From an uncultured Methanoregulaceae archaeon (GTDB taxonomy: Archaea > Halobacteriota > Methanomicrobia > Methanomicrobiales > Methanospirillaceae): a stretch of 64,000 nt of DNA. The stretch lies in assembly GCA_963717525.1 (NCBI GenBank), contig OY970343.1:1-64000 (forward strand). The letters are read 5' to 3'. Within the stretch, counting starts at the first letter, position 1. Each line of letters opens with the position of its first letter. This document shows positions 51,645-60,825 of the stretch, one piece after another. The notes beneath the pieces were generated by a model. The model did no database searches, had not been told where the DNA came from, and saw nothing but the letters and a program-made list of their open reading frames with translations. Made by a program: the position numbers and the translations under genes.

Positions 51645-52809
51645 TTAGGAGGTATTCGCAACCGCCAGCTCGATGGGAGATAATTGCCCTGAGACGATCT
51701 TAATCGTGCCGTTACCGCTCATGACCTCTACACTGTCGTTTCCATTGGGATCTGTCATTCCCTCATACTTACTCAGAGTCAAATCCCCGAACTGGTTGTA
51801 CTCCACGATATAGTTCACGGATAAGTTGGATACGCCAATACCGTGAATATCTTTGATGGTGACATTCACCCACCCCGGTACAACAGGAACGGCATACAAA
51901 TTGGCCGGGGGAAAACTGCGGATCGGCTGGAATACTGATATAATTTGATGTTGCCATCATACCTGTGTTGTCGGTGACCGTGAGGTTCACGCAGAACGGC
52001 CCTATACTTGGAGGGTTATACCGGGTAACTTTCCCTGTTGAATAATTTGCGGGGTTTGTAAGGGTGCCGCCACAGTTACCTCCTGCAGGAGACGCATCCA
52101 CGATGCTCCAGTTCCATAGATTAATGGTGTTATCCGAGGTGGATTGCGAACCATCCAGTACCAGCACATCGCGTTGCAATTCTCCGAGATTTTCTGTAGC
52201 GATACTGGACTGGATAACAGGGTTAGGGGATTTATAGGTTTGTTCGAAGAAGTTATTGAGTGATGTCATGATCATGATCTTGATCTGAGCATTGGTGCCG
52301 ATGAACAATGGGGAATTTGGAAAGCCATTGGTAAAATTGATCTGAATTTCCTGACTCTGGGTTCCGGGGATGTCCAGGTTGAAGGTACCCAGAGAGGATT
52401 GGTTATACGTTTGTTGTTGCGGTTGGCCATTGAGTGTTGCATTGATCACGGTAATATTACTGACATATTGGGCGTTGCTTGATCCGGAGCTTGATACGGC
52501 AATGGCGACAATATCAACATCGTCAGTATTCAGGTTCACCAGGTGAAGAGTAACCGAACTCCAGTTTCCCGAATTTGTAATGTTATACGGGGTCTGGTTC
52601 CAGACGGTAGGATCGTTTTGGAAACTCACGCTGGAGAACTGGACACTCTCGGCTTTTACCGCCGCGAGATGTGATTGCTGAGTCATCTCGGCTTTCTGCA
52701 TCTGCGAGACCATGAGAGCAAGGGCGGCAGCGGCAGTCACTGTGATCAGGATCAGGAGGAGGGTCCCGATGATAACAGAAACACCCTGATCATTGTGCGG
52801 CCGGGTCAT
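51645..52809 (-). CDS. Large type IV pilin with PKD-like and Ig-like domains (frameshift ~51905)
   Basis: NDQG|VSVIIGTLLLILITVTAAAAL; LDGSQS..WNW..LTVTDN; frame break in a C-run. Confidence 0.85.
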
Positions 52810-53277
52810 GGAATATCACCGGAATATTCGTCATCCTCGGATAAATTACTTGCCTATTTTTTATATATCTGACTATACTATATGTCTATATCTCTATATT
52901 TATTCTAAAGGGCGTCAACGCTTTGTTTATGACATAGGCTGGAACAACACTGCAGGTCTTCTTGTAGGAATTCTGTATTATTATGATTCGTACTTCTAGG
53001 AAATTCCTGAAATTGACATAAGTCAAGCGCCAAAATTATTTGATATGCAATATAACGATCCCACTGATAATACCTCTCTAACTTGGGAATATAATCTTCC
53101 TAGATAGCATGATAGTTCGGATATGCTTTTGCGATTACGGCTGATGGCGAATTTTTCATTTCGGAGGAATTTGTATATCAACCGCAGACGCAACAGAACC
53201 GCAATTTTTCATATATCTTTTTTTGTAAAGCGAGCACAGAAACCCATCCAAAAGAGAGAGTTGTTTCGTGATGAAGA

Positions 53278-53700
53278 TCATTTTGGCTTGCACGTTGTAT
53301 GATGCGATGTGCTGAACGCTTCTTTCAATATTGGGTAAATCTCCGTCTTCCAGTTAGATTGGTTGGAGGAAAAATACATGGGCCTTCCGCAGGCAGGACA
53401 AGGAACATTGAACCGTCTTTCAGTTGCCAATACTTTGTTTAGTTCTTCAAGCTCGTGTATTTTTTTTACCAGTGCAGATGTTTCCCGATTGGGATCCATC
53501 ATGTCGTGAACAAAATGAGTCATCCACGTTGAAAGAGGTATGTCGGAAGCCTTTATGATCGCGTCCAGCTTTTCCTTATCTCCTTTTTTCAGTCTGAATG
53601 TAATTGAAGGATTATTCATACGATATTTTTTTTGCGACGGGAACTCCTTTCCTTTCATAATCAGGCTCCGGAAATCAGACAACCGATCTGTATCCAGCAA
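53278..53700 (-). CDS. Ribbon-helix-helix-like DNA-binding protein with zinc finger
   Basis: SITFRLKKGDKEKLDAI..LSTWM; CPACG...HTTC; start probably MKGKEF. Confidence 0.65.
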   Translation of the reverse strand: MLDTDRLSDFRSLIMKGKEFPSQKKYRMNNPSITFRLKKGDKEKLDAIIKASDIPLSTWMTHFVHDMMDPNRETSALVKKIHELEELNKVLATERRFNVPCPACGRPMYFSSNQSNWKTEIYPILKEAFSTSHHTTCKPK

Positions 53701-53795
53701 TCTATACAGAAATCATTACGACAGTCGACAGGACAATCTGTATGGCAATCTGTATGGCAATCTGAATGGAAATCGATATATGACAATCTGCACCC
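53684..53795. repeat. 12-bp-period tandem array, consensus CAATCTGTATGG
   Basis: Units at 53734, 53746, 53758; degenerate copies at 53684, 53698, 53710, 53722, 53770, 53784. Confidence 0.8.
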
Positions 53796-54029
53796 GGACA
53801 GCGCGTATTTGGAGCGCTCACTGATGACACAGGTATAGACCTGAAGTACTTCGGTAATGACCACTGTTGTCCGTAGTGCTCCTATGGTCAAAATTGCACG
53901 AGAAAGACTCGGATCTCTACGTCCGGATATGGTCCTGAACCGTTCTATACGAATACTATGCAATACCAGATTTCGGATTTTTTCTTCTAACATTGTCAAA
54001 CCACTTTCAATGGGTAAAAGAGGAATATT

Positions 54030-54578
54030 CTACGGTCCCTCACTGGTCTGGTCTGTTTGACTTGCACGGCGAGGAGTACGCCTTCCTGACAGAGTACATG
54101 ATTTTCCCCCCTTTTCCACCGTGGTATCCCTTTTGATCGGGGTATCCTGGTTTTCTGCCGATGGGTCAGCGACGGAACATCGTGGATCATTACATTTCTT
54201 TAGACGACGGAACCGTTCCTTCGTATCTTTAAGGTCAGACGGTTCCTTTTGGACGACAGGAATTTCGTCACCCCTTAGATTAGGGTTACCAGTGGAGTCA
54301 AGGACTTTAAAGAAATCCTGTCCGTCGATTTGTACCCTGCGTACGTTCACCGTTTCGTACTCCCCGTGTACGTCATCGCTGGAACCATCAGAAGACGGCT
54401 TTACTGTCTCTGGCATTGAGTGAACAGGTTGGGTTGTATTTGGGGATGCTTCCGAATCCGCTCCCTTTTCCGGAGAACCTGACTTCGGGATTATCTGACA
54501 GCTCAACATGGTTGGATCTTTCGGGTCCAACGGTTTACACCGAAGTGAAATTTCCTTGTTGTCTTGGTTTTCATCCAT
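54030..54578 (-). CDS. Hypothetical protein
   Basis: GAGGT upstream; low-complexity charged. Confidence 0.6.
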   Translation of the reverse strand: MDENQDNKEISLRCKPLDPKDPTMLSCQIIPKSGSPEKGADSEASPNTTQPVHSMPETVKPSSDGSSDDVHGEYETVNVRRVQIDGQDFFKVLDSTGNPNLRGDEIPVVQKEPSDLKDTKERFRRLKKCNDPRCSVADPSAENQDTPIKRDTTVEKGGKSCTLSGRRTPRRASQTDQTSEGP

Positions 54579-54590
54579 GATGCTTACCTC

Positions 54591-55010
54591 TTATGGAGCT
54601 GGGGGGAGTGTGGATTCGGGTGTCGTCATTAGATACTGATCAGAAATTCTCCAGCGTACAGGCCAATGCTTGTCAAGCTTCACGAGGACACCGTCGGCGC
54701 GCAGTTTCGCAAACGCTTTCGGATCGATATGGCATTCCTCAAGAGCCTGCCGGAAATAAAATTCCGAACTACCGAATCGTTGTTTAAGTGCCGCAAGTGT
54801 CTCCCTGGACAAAAATGCGAATCCACGTAGCGCTGTTGACATATCTACTTGCCCCCAGCTCGCTTCGATGACTTTCTGCCGGCGGCAGAAGGGGGTGTGG
54901 TTTCGATAAGGTCCCACCGGCCGTCGCGGATGTATTGCTCCGCGATCATGCGGTGTATTTCGGGAAGGTGTGCCATTTGTTCCCGGCTTACTTTCCTTCG
55001 CGGAATGCAC
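54591..55010 (-). CDS. Small hypothetical protein, possible winged helix
   Basis: C-terminal half FAKLRADGVLVK..WRI resembles wHTH; true start likely near MSTALRG. Confidence 0.5.
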   Translation of the reverse strand: MHSAKESKPGTNGTPSRNTPHDRGAIHPRRPVGPYRNHTPFCRRQKVIEASWGQVDMSTALRGFAFLSRETLAALKQRFGSSEFYFRQALEECHIDPKAFAKLRADGVLVKLDKHWPVRWRISDQYLMTTPESTLPPAP

Positions 55011-55162
55011 TTACCCAATACAATACACCGGAAGACAATCGTTGTGTATAATTTAAAGGCTGTTCTGGTCGCTATTTGACCAATGCGTTCGTTATAGCGG
55101 TTTTATCTAAACAGAACAGTGAAAACCTGTATTGTGTACTAAACAGGTTTAAATAAAATCTG

Positions 55163-56482
55163 TTGGCTACGTATCATTTGACTGAGCAGATTGGATCTGG
55201 AGATGTTCGTATGACAAAGGATGGAACTAATGCCCCCTCTTGTAACACCAATGCAAAGCAAATTGGGTCTGAAAGGGCACGCGCGCCGACCGAAACGCCC
55301 CAAAAGGATTATTTTGAAGTTTATATTGAGATCATCACCACCCTTCTGAAGAATGAAGTACGTTCCGAAACTGAAATTGCCGACGATTGTGGTTATGCAA
55401 AAGAGGGTAAGGACAAATGTGCACACGTTCATCGCCAAATTAACAAACTCGTTTCGAAGTGGAATTACATTGAGTACAGTGACGGGCCACGACCGGGGTA
55501 TCGGATCCGACGGGATCTTGAAACAATCTGCCATATTTACGATGATAAACACTATGAATCGATCCGCCCGGATTTTCAGGAGTCCCCCTGGTTAACGGAT
55601 CTCATCAATGGGATATACCTGCCGGAGTACCGGGGTGATGGCGAATTTCTTGAAGACCTGAAAAAGATGCTGAAAACATCCCGGTGGATGTTTGAATGGT
55701 ATCTCCGGAATACTACGCATGCTCATCACACCGCAACCCTTGGCGAGATCCTGGGGCCTTCCATCCCCGTGGAAAAGACGCCGGGCATCAACGAGCCCCT
55801 CCTTGAATGGCTGACGAGAAAATGTGTATTCTACGACCAGTTTATTTCCTGCATGTGGTTAGAGTATGACGGAGCGTTGAAGTCAAAGACCCTCCCGGAA
55901 GAGACTCTTCGGATCTTCGATGAGATGAAGCAGAAGTCGGCACAGGGTAAACTCAAGGCAATAAATTACATCCTGTCGTTTGCGATCACGCAGAATCTTG
56001 CACAGTGCGCCGATGTCATAAGGGATAACGATGGTCAGGTCCCCCTGTTCTTCGAAGATCTCGTGAAAAATTTCAATAAAATTGCCGAGCATATGAGCTC
56101 GGACAATATAGATCAGGAGTCTCTTATGATGGCGGCAAAGGAAATGGGCGACCTCTATAATAGAATAAGTAAGTCGTTAGGTGACAGCTCACCCCTTAAT
56201 TCGGTATCAGGAGTGATCAAAGGTATCGGGCCGAAGTCGAAAATTATCATGGAACAATCTGTAAAAGGGAGTGAGAAAAAATTAGGTGCCGGCAACAAGT
56301 TTCTGGCGGGCGAGACCCATAATCATCTTGTATTCCGGCAACTTCTCGATATCCCGTCTCAGCCGCTCCACGCTCAACCGTGCCTCTTCGGTCAACGGCT
56401 CTCCGCAGGTCGAGCAGAACTCGAAGGTCGGCGGATTGACGGTGTTGCAGTTGGCGCACTGCCGGATCTCCATGGCGACTGA
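55163..56482 (+). CDS. Hypothetical protein with N-terminal winged-helix domain
   Basis: SETEIAD..VHRQINKLVSKWNYIE; 3' end uncertain because it overlaps the integrase. Confidence 0.6.
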   Translation: MATYHLTEQIGSGDVRMTKDGTNAPSCNTNAKQIGSERARAPTETPQKDYFEVYIEIITTLLKNEVRSETEIADDCGYAKEGKDKCAHVHRQINKLVSKWNYIEYSDGPRPGYRIRRDLETICHIYDDKHYESIRPDFQESPWLTDLINGIYLPEYRGDGEFLEDLKKMLKTSRWMFEWYLRNTTHAHHTATLGEILGPSIPVEKTPGINEPLLEWLTRKCVFYDQFISCMWLEYDGALKSKTLPEETLRIFDEMKQKSAQGKLKAINYILSFAITQNLAQCADVIRDNDGQVPLFFEDLVKNFNKIAEHMSSDNIDQESLMMAAKEMGDLYNRISKSLGDSSPLNSVSGVIKGIGPKSKIIMEQSVKGSEKKLGAGNKFLAGETHNHLVFRQLLDIPSQPLHAQPCLFGQRLSAGRAELEGRRIDGVAVGALPDLHGD

Positions 56483-57505
56483 TCGCTTCTCCTCCGATCG
56501 CCGGATACCGTGTTTTTCGAGAACCTCGTTATCAGTGTCGTTGTCGACCAGATGGAGGTAGCTTGAGAACATCAGGGTATCGAGGTTGCCCCACATCGTC
56601 TTCTTGACGATCGACTCGCTGTATCCCTGCCGGATCATGGCGGTGACGCGGCTGTGCCGGAACAGGTGCGGCGTGACTTTTTTCCGGATACCCGCCCGGC
56701 GAGCTATCTTCTTGAGTTGCACGGCGATGGCAGCATACTGGACCGGCAGCCGCCGGTTGGATACGAAGACCAAGGCGTCAGGCGTGACCTGGAATGGAAA
56801 ATCGTTCTTCCACTGTATGAGGTACTGGGTTGCCGACACGAGCCGGATGTACCGCGGGGCCCCGGTCTTCTCGTCGACGTTGATGACTGTGCCGTAATCG
56901 TCGAATTTTACCTGCGCCCAAGTCAGCTGGCCTAACTCCTGGACCCTGAAACCTCCTTCATATAACGTCGAAATAATCGCCCTGTCCCGGGACGTCTGGC
57001 ACGCGTCGATCATGGCCCGGACCTCGTCTTCTGTCAGCATCTGGCCGGCGGTCTTGGTCATCCGGTCCGCTTTGGGAGCCCTAATCCCCTCAATCTTGTC
57101 GGCCGGCACGGACGAATATCCGTTCGCCCTAAGCCAGCGGAAGAACCGCTTGAGCAGGGTCAGGTGGTCTTTCAGGGTGTTCTGTTTATAGGGTATCCCC
57201 ATATCGCCGTGCCGCGCCTCCCGCAGAGCCTCGATCCCCCGATAGAGGTCGGCCACGGTGTCTGTTCGGAACGGCCCGATGTACTGCCGCCACGACACCA
57301 GGATATAGGTGAGTTTGTTGGCCCGCGAGACCCCGATGCCACCGGTAACCTTGATCTCCGCAATAAAGTCCCGGATCAACCGGGCATCATCGGCGGTGAG
57401 CTGGCCGGCCTGGAGGGCATTATCGATCGAATGCTCGGCATATACACTCTTCGCGTTATGAAACGGCCGTGCGTGCCGGTTAGGTGCCTGTTGAGTGCGT
57501 ATCAT
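56282..57505 (-). CDS. Tyrosine recombinase/integrase with C-terminal zinc ribbon
   Basis: RDRA..GFRVQEL, EKTG, HLFRHSR, MWG, SYLHL; CANC..CSTC. Confidence 0.95.
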   Translation of the reverse strand: MIRTQQAPNRHARPFHNAKSVYAEHSIDNALQAGQLTADDARLIRDFIAEIKVTGGIGVSRANKLTYILVSWRQYIGPFRTDTVADLYRGIEALREARHGDMGIPYKQNTLKDHLTLLKRFFRWLRANGYSSVPADKIEGIRAPKADRMTKTAGQMLTEDEVRAMIDACQTSRDRAIISTLYEGGFRVQELGQLTWAQVKFDDYGTVINVDEKTGAPRYIRLVSATQYLIQWKNDFPFQVTPDALVFVSNRRLPVQYAAIAVQLKKIARRAGIRKKVTPHLFRHSRVTAMIRQGYSESIVKKTMWGNLDTLMFSSYLHLVDNDTDNEVLEKHGIRRSEEKRSVAMEIRQCANCNTVNPPTFEFCSTCGEPLTEEARLSVERLRRDIEKLPEYKMIMGLARQKLVAGT

Positions 57506-57601
57506 TGTCCCGGCACTTCGGTTACCGAAGTTAGGGAAAAACTTATCCTGAGAACCTGCCTGAGAAACGAATTTTGCAGGGAATTCAACCTGCGCGATAG
57601 A

Positions 57602-57673
57602 AGCCGCCGGAGGGACTTGAACCCTCGACCTGCTGATTACGAATCAGCCGCTATGCCGCTAAGCCACGGCGGC
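57602..57673 (-). tRNA. tRNA-Thr(CGT)
   Basis: GCCGCCG/CGGCGGC acceptor stem; GCTGA-TTCGTAA-TCAGC anticodon arm; GAGGG-TTCAAGT-CCCTC T arm; CCA not encoded. Confidence 0.97.
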
Positions 57674-57738
57674 GCACTGCCTCACAATATCGACCTGTGC
57701 GCTAATAAAATCTGTGCTTGGCCGGATAATGTCAGAAT

Positions 57739-58035
57739 CTAAGAATACCCGCGGAGTGTCGTTACGCTGTCGGGGGCATGGGGCTCTTTTGCCGGCGAGA
57801 TCGTCCCGAACTTCCCTTCGTAGTCGGCAACGGTCTTCTGGAGCACGGCGAGCAGGTTCTTTGCATGCGCCGGCGTGATGGAGACGATCGCCTTTGCCCG
57901 CGCCTGGTTGACCTGCGGGAGCTGGTGGAGGAAGACAAACGTGAATTCGTCATCCTTGTATGCAATCTGGATCATGTTGCTGTATACGGGATCCAGCGTT
58001 GGGGGGATATTGACGGATATTTCCTGTCCGGTCAT
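57739..58035 (-). CDS. DUF3467-like protein
   Basis: VYSN, EFTFVF, TPAHAK, YEGKFG. Confidence 0.8.
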   Translation of the reverse strand: MTGQEISVNIPPTLDPVYSNMIQIAYKDDEFTFVFLHQLPQVNQARAKAIVSITPAHAKNLLAVLQKTVADYEGKFGTISPAKEPHAPDSVTTLRGYS

Positions 58036-58114
58036 ACTGATCCGTTAGCCGTTTCTGGTATGAATAGTTGGTCACCCGCCTTGTGCACGAACCCGTTGTT
58101 TCCCATAAGTATAT

Positions 58115-58825
58115 GTGGCTGTTTTTCCTCGATTCTTTAGAGGAATTATTCTGGCGGATCAGGAGAGGCATGTCACGATCTCTGACCTGGTGCGGGTGCA
58201 TGCCTGCCCGGTCCGGTTTTACTACGAGAAAAACGAACCGGTCACCGAATCGGACCGGTACGCAATCTGCAAGCAGCTCTCGTACCATCTTGGCCATCCC
58301 CTTGAAGCCGATGCCATCTGGGACGAGGTTCTCGCTGTCCGCCCGAAAACCGACCCGGCACTCAGGGAATTCCTGGACACGTGCATTGCTTCCTGCAACA
58401 AACCCGGGTGGACACCGGCGGCCCAGACCGACGTAACGGTGGTCTCGAAAAAACACGGGATCGCGGGCATGATCGACCGGGTGGCGGAGGACGGGACGTT
58501 CTCTATCGTGAGGGCGGCCGGTGCGATGCCTTTTGGCACCTACGCGGCAGACCGGCTCCGGATCGCGGGCATCGCGTTCTGCCTCGAAGAGATGACCGGA
58601 AAGGAGGTGGAAGGAGGCCACGTGGAGTATATCCCCGATGGCATATCCCGGTACCACGCGGTCCAGCCCCGGGACCGGCGCCAGCTCCTCGCGACGCTCC
58701 ACAGGCTCCGGGCTATTCACCGGGGCGAGGCGCCCTCACACCCGCTCAACGCCCCCTGCAACCGGTGCACGTATAAAGTGCGGTGCGAGGAGAGCGGCGG
58801 ACACCGGCTGAGCGAGCTGCTGTGA
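58115..58825 (+). CDS. Solo Cas4/Dna2-like PD-(D/E)xK domain protein
   Basis: ACPVRFYY, GMIDR, C-terminal CNRC..C Fe-S pattern; no other cas genes. Confidence 0.75.
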   Translation: MAVFPRFFRGIILADQERHVTISDLVRVHACPVRFYYEKNEPVTESDRYAICKQLSYHLGHPLEADAIWDEVLAVRPKTDPALREFLDTCIASCNKPGWTPAAQTDVTVVSKKHGIAGMIDRVAEDGTFSIVRAAGAMPFGTYAADRLRIAGIAFCLEEMTGKEVEGGHVEYIPDGISRYHAVQPRDRRQLLATLHRLRAIHRGEAPSHPLNAPCNRCTYKVRCEESGGHRLSELL

Positions 58826-59023
58826 GAGGGGCACACCTTTGTTGCCCGGACATAAGGGTAGGTAAAAGGGGATCACCCCCATCCCCATTACCGCTCTGGA
58901 GGTTACGCGCCGGCATCAAAATGCATGAACCAATCCCCTTCAAGAAGGGTTTTGAATCCCCGACACAAACGTACTACGCAATCTCTCCGCACGACCGCAC
59001 CGGTCTTCCGGATCCCGGCAGGA

Positions 59024-60023
59024 ATGAACATGACCCTCGCGAAAGGCTGTACTCTCTGTTACCAGGGCGCAAAGATGGTGCTCTTTGTTACGGGACGCTG
59101 CCGCCGCTCCTGCTGGTACTGCCCGCTTTCGAGCGAGCGGAAAGGAAAGGACGTGGTCTTTGCAAACGAGCGCCGGATCGAGGCCCCGGAAGAGGCAGTT
59201 TCTCTCGCTGAACGCATGAGCGCACTCGGGACCGGCATCACCGGTGGCGAACCGCTTCTCTGTATCGACCGGGTGAATGAATACAGTAAAGCCCTCAAGG
59301 ATCATTTCGGGAAAGAGCACCATATCCACCTCTACACGGCGCAGGCCCCGACAAAACCCGAGCTGGAACAGCTCGCCGGCCTTGTAGACGAGATCCGGCT
59401 TCACCCTCCCCGCGAGTGCTGGGATCATATCACTGATACGGACTATATTGCCTCTGCAAAAAATGCCAAGGAGATGGGCTTTGACATTGGCATCGAGGTC
59501 CCGGCCCTTCCCGGCCTTGAACTGCTCATCCCTGCCCTCCCGTACCTGGATTTCCTCAATATCAACGAGCTCGAATGGGGCGAGACCAACGCCGGTGAGA
59601 TGCGGGAGCGCGGCCACGAACTGGCCGACGGGGTACACAACGCTGTCAGCGGGGCCCGCGACTGGGCGGACGAACTTCTTAATCACGGCAAGGTCCACTG
59701 GTGCGCCTCGTCGTTCAAGGACTCGGTGCAGCTCCGGGAGCGCCTGAAGCGCATCGCGGAGAACACCGCCCGGCCCTTCGATGAGGTGACCGATGACGGG
59801 ACCATCGTCTACGGCGTGCTGGATCTCCATCCCGGCACCCGGGATGCTGTCGTCGCCCGGTGCAGGACATTTCTCACCGAGGATGAGTTCTCTGACTGCG
59901 GTGACCGGGTCGAGACCGCATGGTGGCTGCTCGAAGAAGTACAGGGACAGGATCCCCGGGAAAAAATCGGTGGTCGAGCGCTACCCCGATGGCGGCATGG
60001 TTGTCGAGGTGACGCCGCTGTGA
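59024..60023 (+). CDS. Radical SAM protein (frameshift ~59940)
   Basis: CRRSCWYC, TGGEP; true C-terminus VVERYPDGGMVVEVTPL in ORF 59793..60023. Confidence 0.88.
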
Positions 60024-60787
60024 ATGTCCGCGGGCTTCTTGAACCGCTCTACGAGCGGTATCTCCTGATGCAGTGCCCGCAGATCCCTGTGCACATCGCC
60101 ATTATCCAGGACGGCAACCGGCGGTTTGCAAAAGAGACGGGCATCAAGACCGCGGACGGGCACCGGGCCGGGGCGGACAAGACCGAGGAGATGCTGGACT
60201 GGGCCCACGACCTGGGCATACGGTACATCACCATTTATTCGTTCTCTACGGAAAATTTCAACCGTACTGAAGAGGAAATCCGGGAGCTCTTCCGGCTTTT
60301 CAAGGAGAAATTCATCCGCACCATCTCCGATGAACGGGTGCACCGGTACCGGATCCGCATCCAGATGGTCGGCGACCGGTCGCTTCTTCCCGAAGATCTG
60401 CGGATAGCCATCGAGGCCGCTGAGGAGGCGACGAAGAATTACGACGGGTTCACCCTGAGTGTTGCGCTCGCATACGGGGGGAGAAACGAGATCGTCCTTG
60501 CCGCCCGGGAGATCGTTACCGCCGTCCGCGAGGGAACGATCGCTCCGGAGTCCATCGACCTCCAGATGGTTGAATCCCATCTCCATGAAGGAAAGGAGAT
60601 CCCGCCGGTCGATCTCATCATCCGGACCGGGAACCAGTACCGCACCTCCAACTTCCTGCCCTGGCTGGCAAACGGACATGAATCCGCGGTCTACTTCTGT
60701 GCCCCGTACTGGCCTCTCTTCCGGAAGATCGACCTGCTCCGTGCCATACGGATTTACGACCAGCGGCTGAGTGCCAGAACTCGTTAA
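60020..60787 (+). CDS. uppS: cis-Prenyltransferase, catalytic subunit
   Basis: HIAIIQDGNRR, FSTENFNR, AYGGR, IRTG..RTSNFLPW. Confidence 0.93.
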   Translation: MNVRGLLEPLYERYLLMQCPQIPVHIAIIQDGNRRFAKETGIKTADGHRAGADKTEEMLDWAHDLGIRYITIYSFSTENFNRTEEEIRELFRLFKEKFIRTISDERVHRYRIRIQMVGDRSLLPEDLRIAIEAAEEATKNYDGFTLSVALAYGGRNEIVLAAREIVTAVREGTIAPESIDLQMVESHLHEGKEIPPVDLIIRTGNQYRTSNFLPWLANGHESAVYFCAPYWPLFRKIDLLRAIRIYDQRLSARTR

Positions 60788-60825
60788 ACCGGCCCTCACG
60801 CTCAAGCAGTTCTGCGTTCAGTTTC

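Larger units (their letters stand above)
14948..57614. mobile_element. ~42.7 kb genomic island integrated in tRNA-Thr(CGT)
   Basis: AGAAGCCGCCGGAGGG at 14948-14963 and 57599-57614; integrase next to the tRNA; accessory cargo. Confidence 0.85.

Noticed and set aside
26783..52809. Archaellum or conjugation system
   Set aside because: Pilins have VS(P/V)I(V/I) pilin-type N-termini, not archaellin motifs; no ArlF/G, chemotaxis, VirB4 or coupling protein recognised.
53684..53795. Tandem array as a mini-CRISPR
   Set aside because: Units are 12 bp and contiguous, with no unique spacers.
56282..56482. 200-bp convergent overlap of the wHTH gene and integrase as antisense control
   Set aside because: More simply a missed stop from an indel, given the error rate.
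58115..58825. Cas4-like gene as evidence of CRISPR-Cas
   Set aside because: No cas1/cas2 and no repeat-spacer array seen; solo Cas4-like genes are common in archaea.
58925..60787. 620-aa radical SAM-UppS fusion in the ORF track
   Set aside because: A frameshift near 59940 diverts the frame; the natural radical SAM end is in ORF 59793..60023 and uppS starts at the overlapping GTGA (60020).
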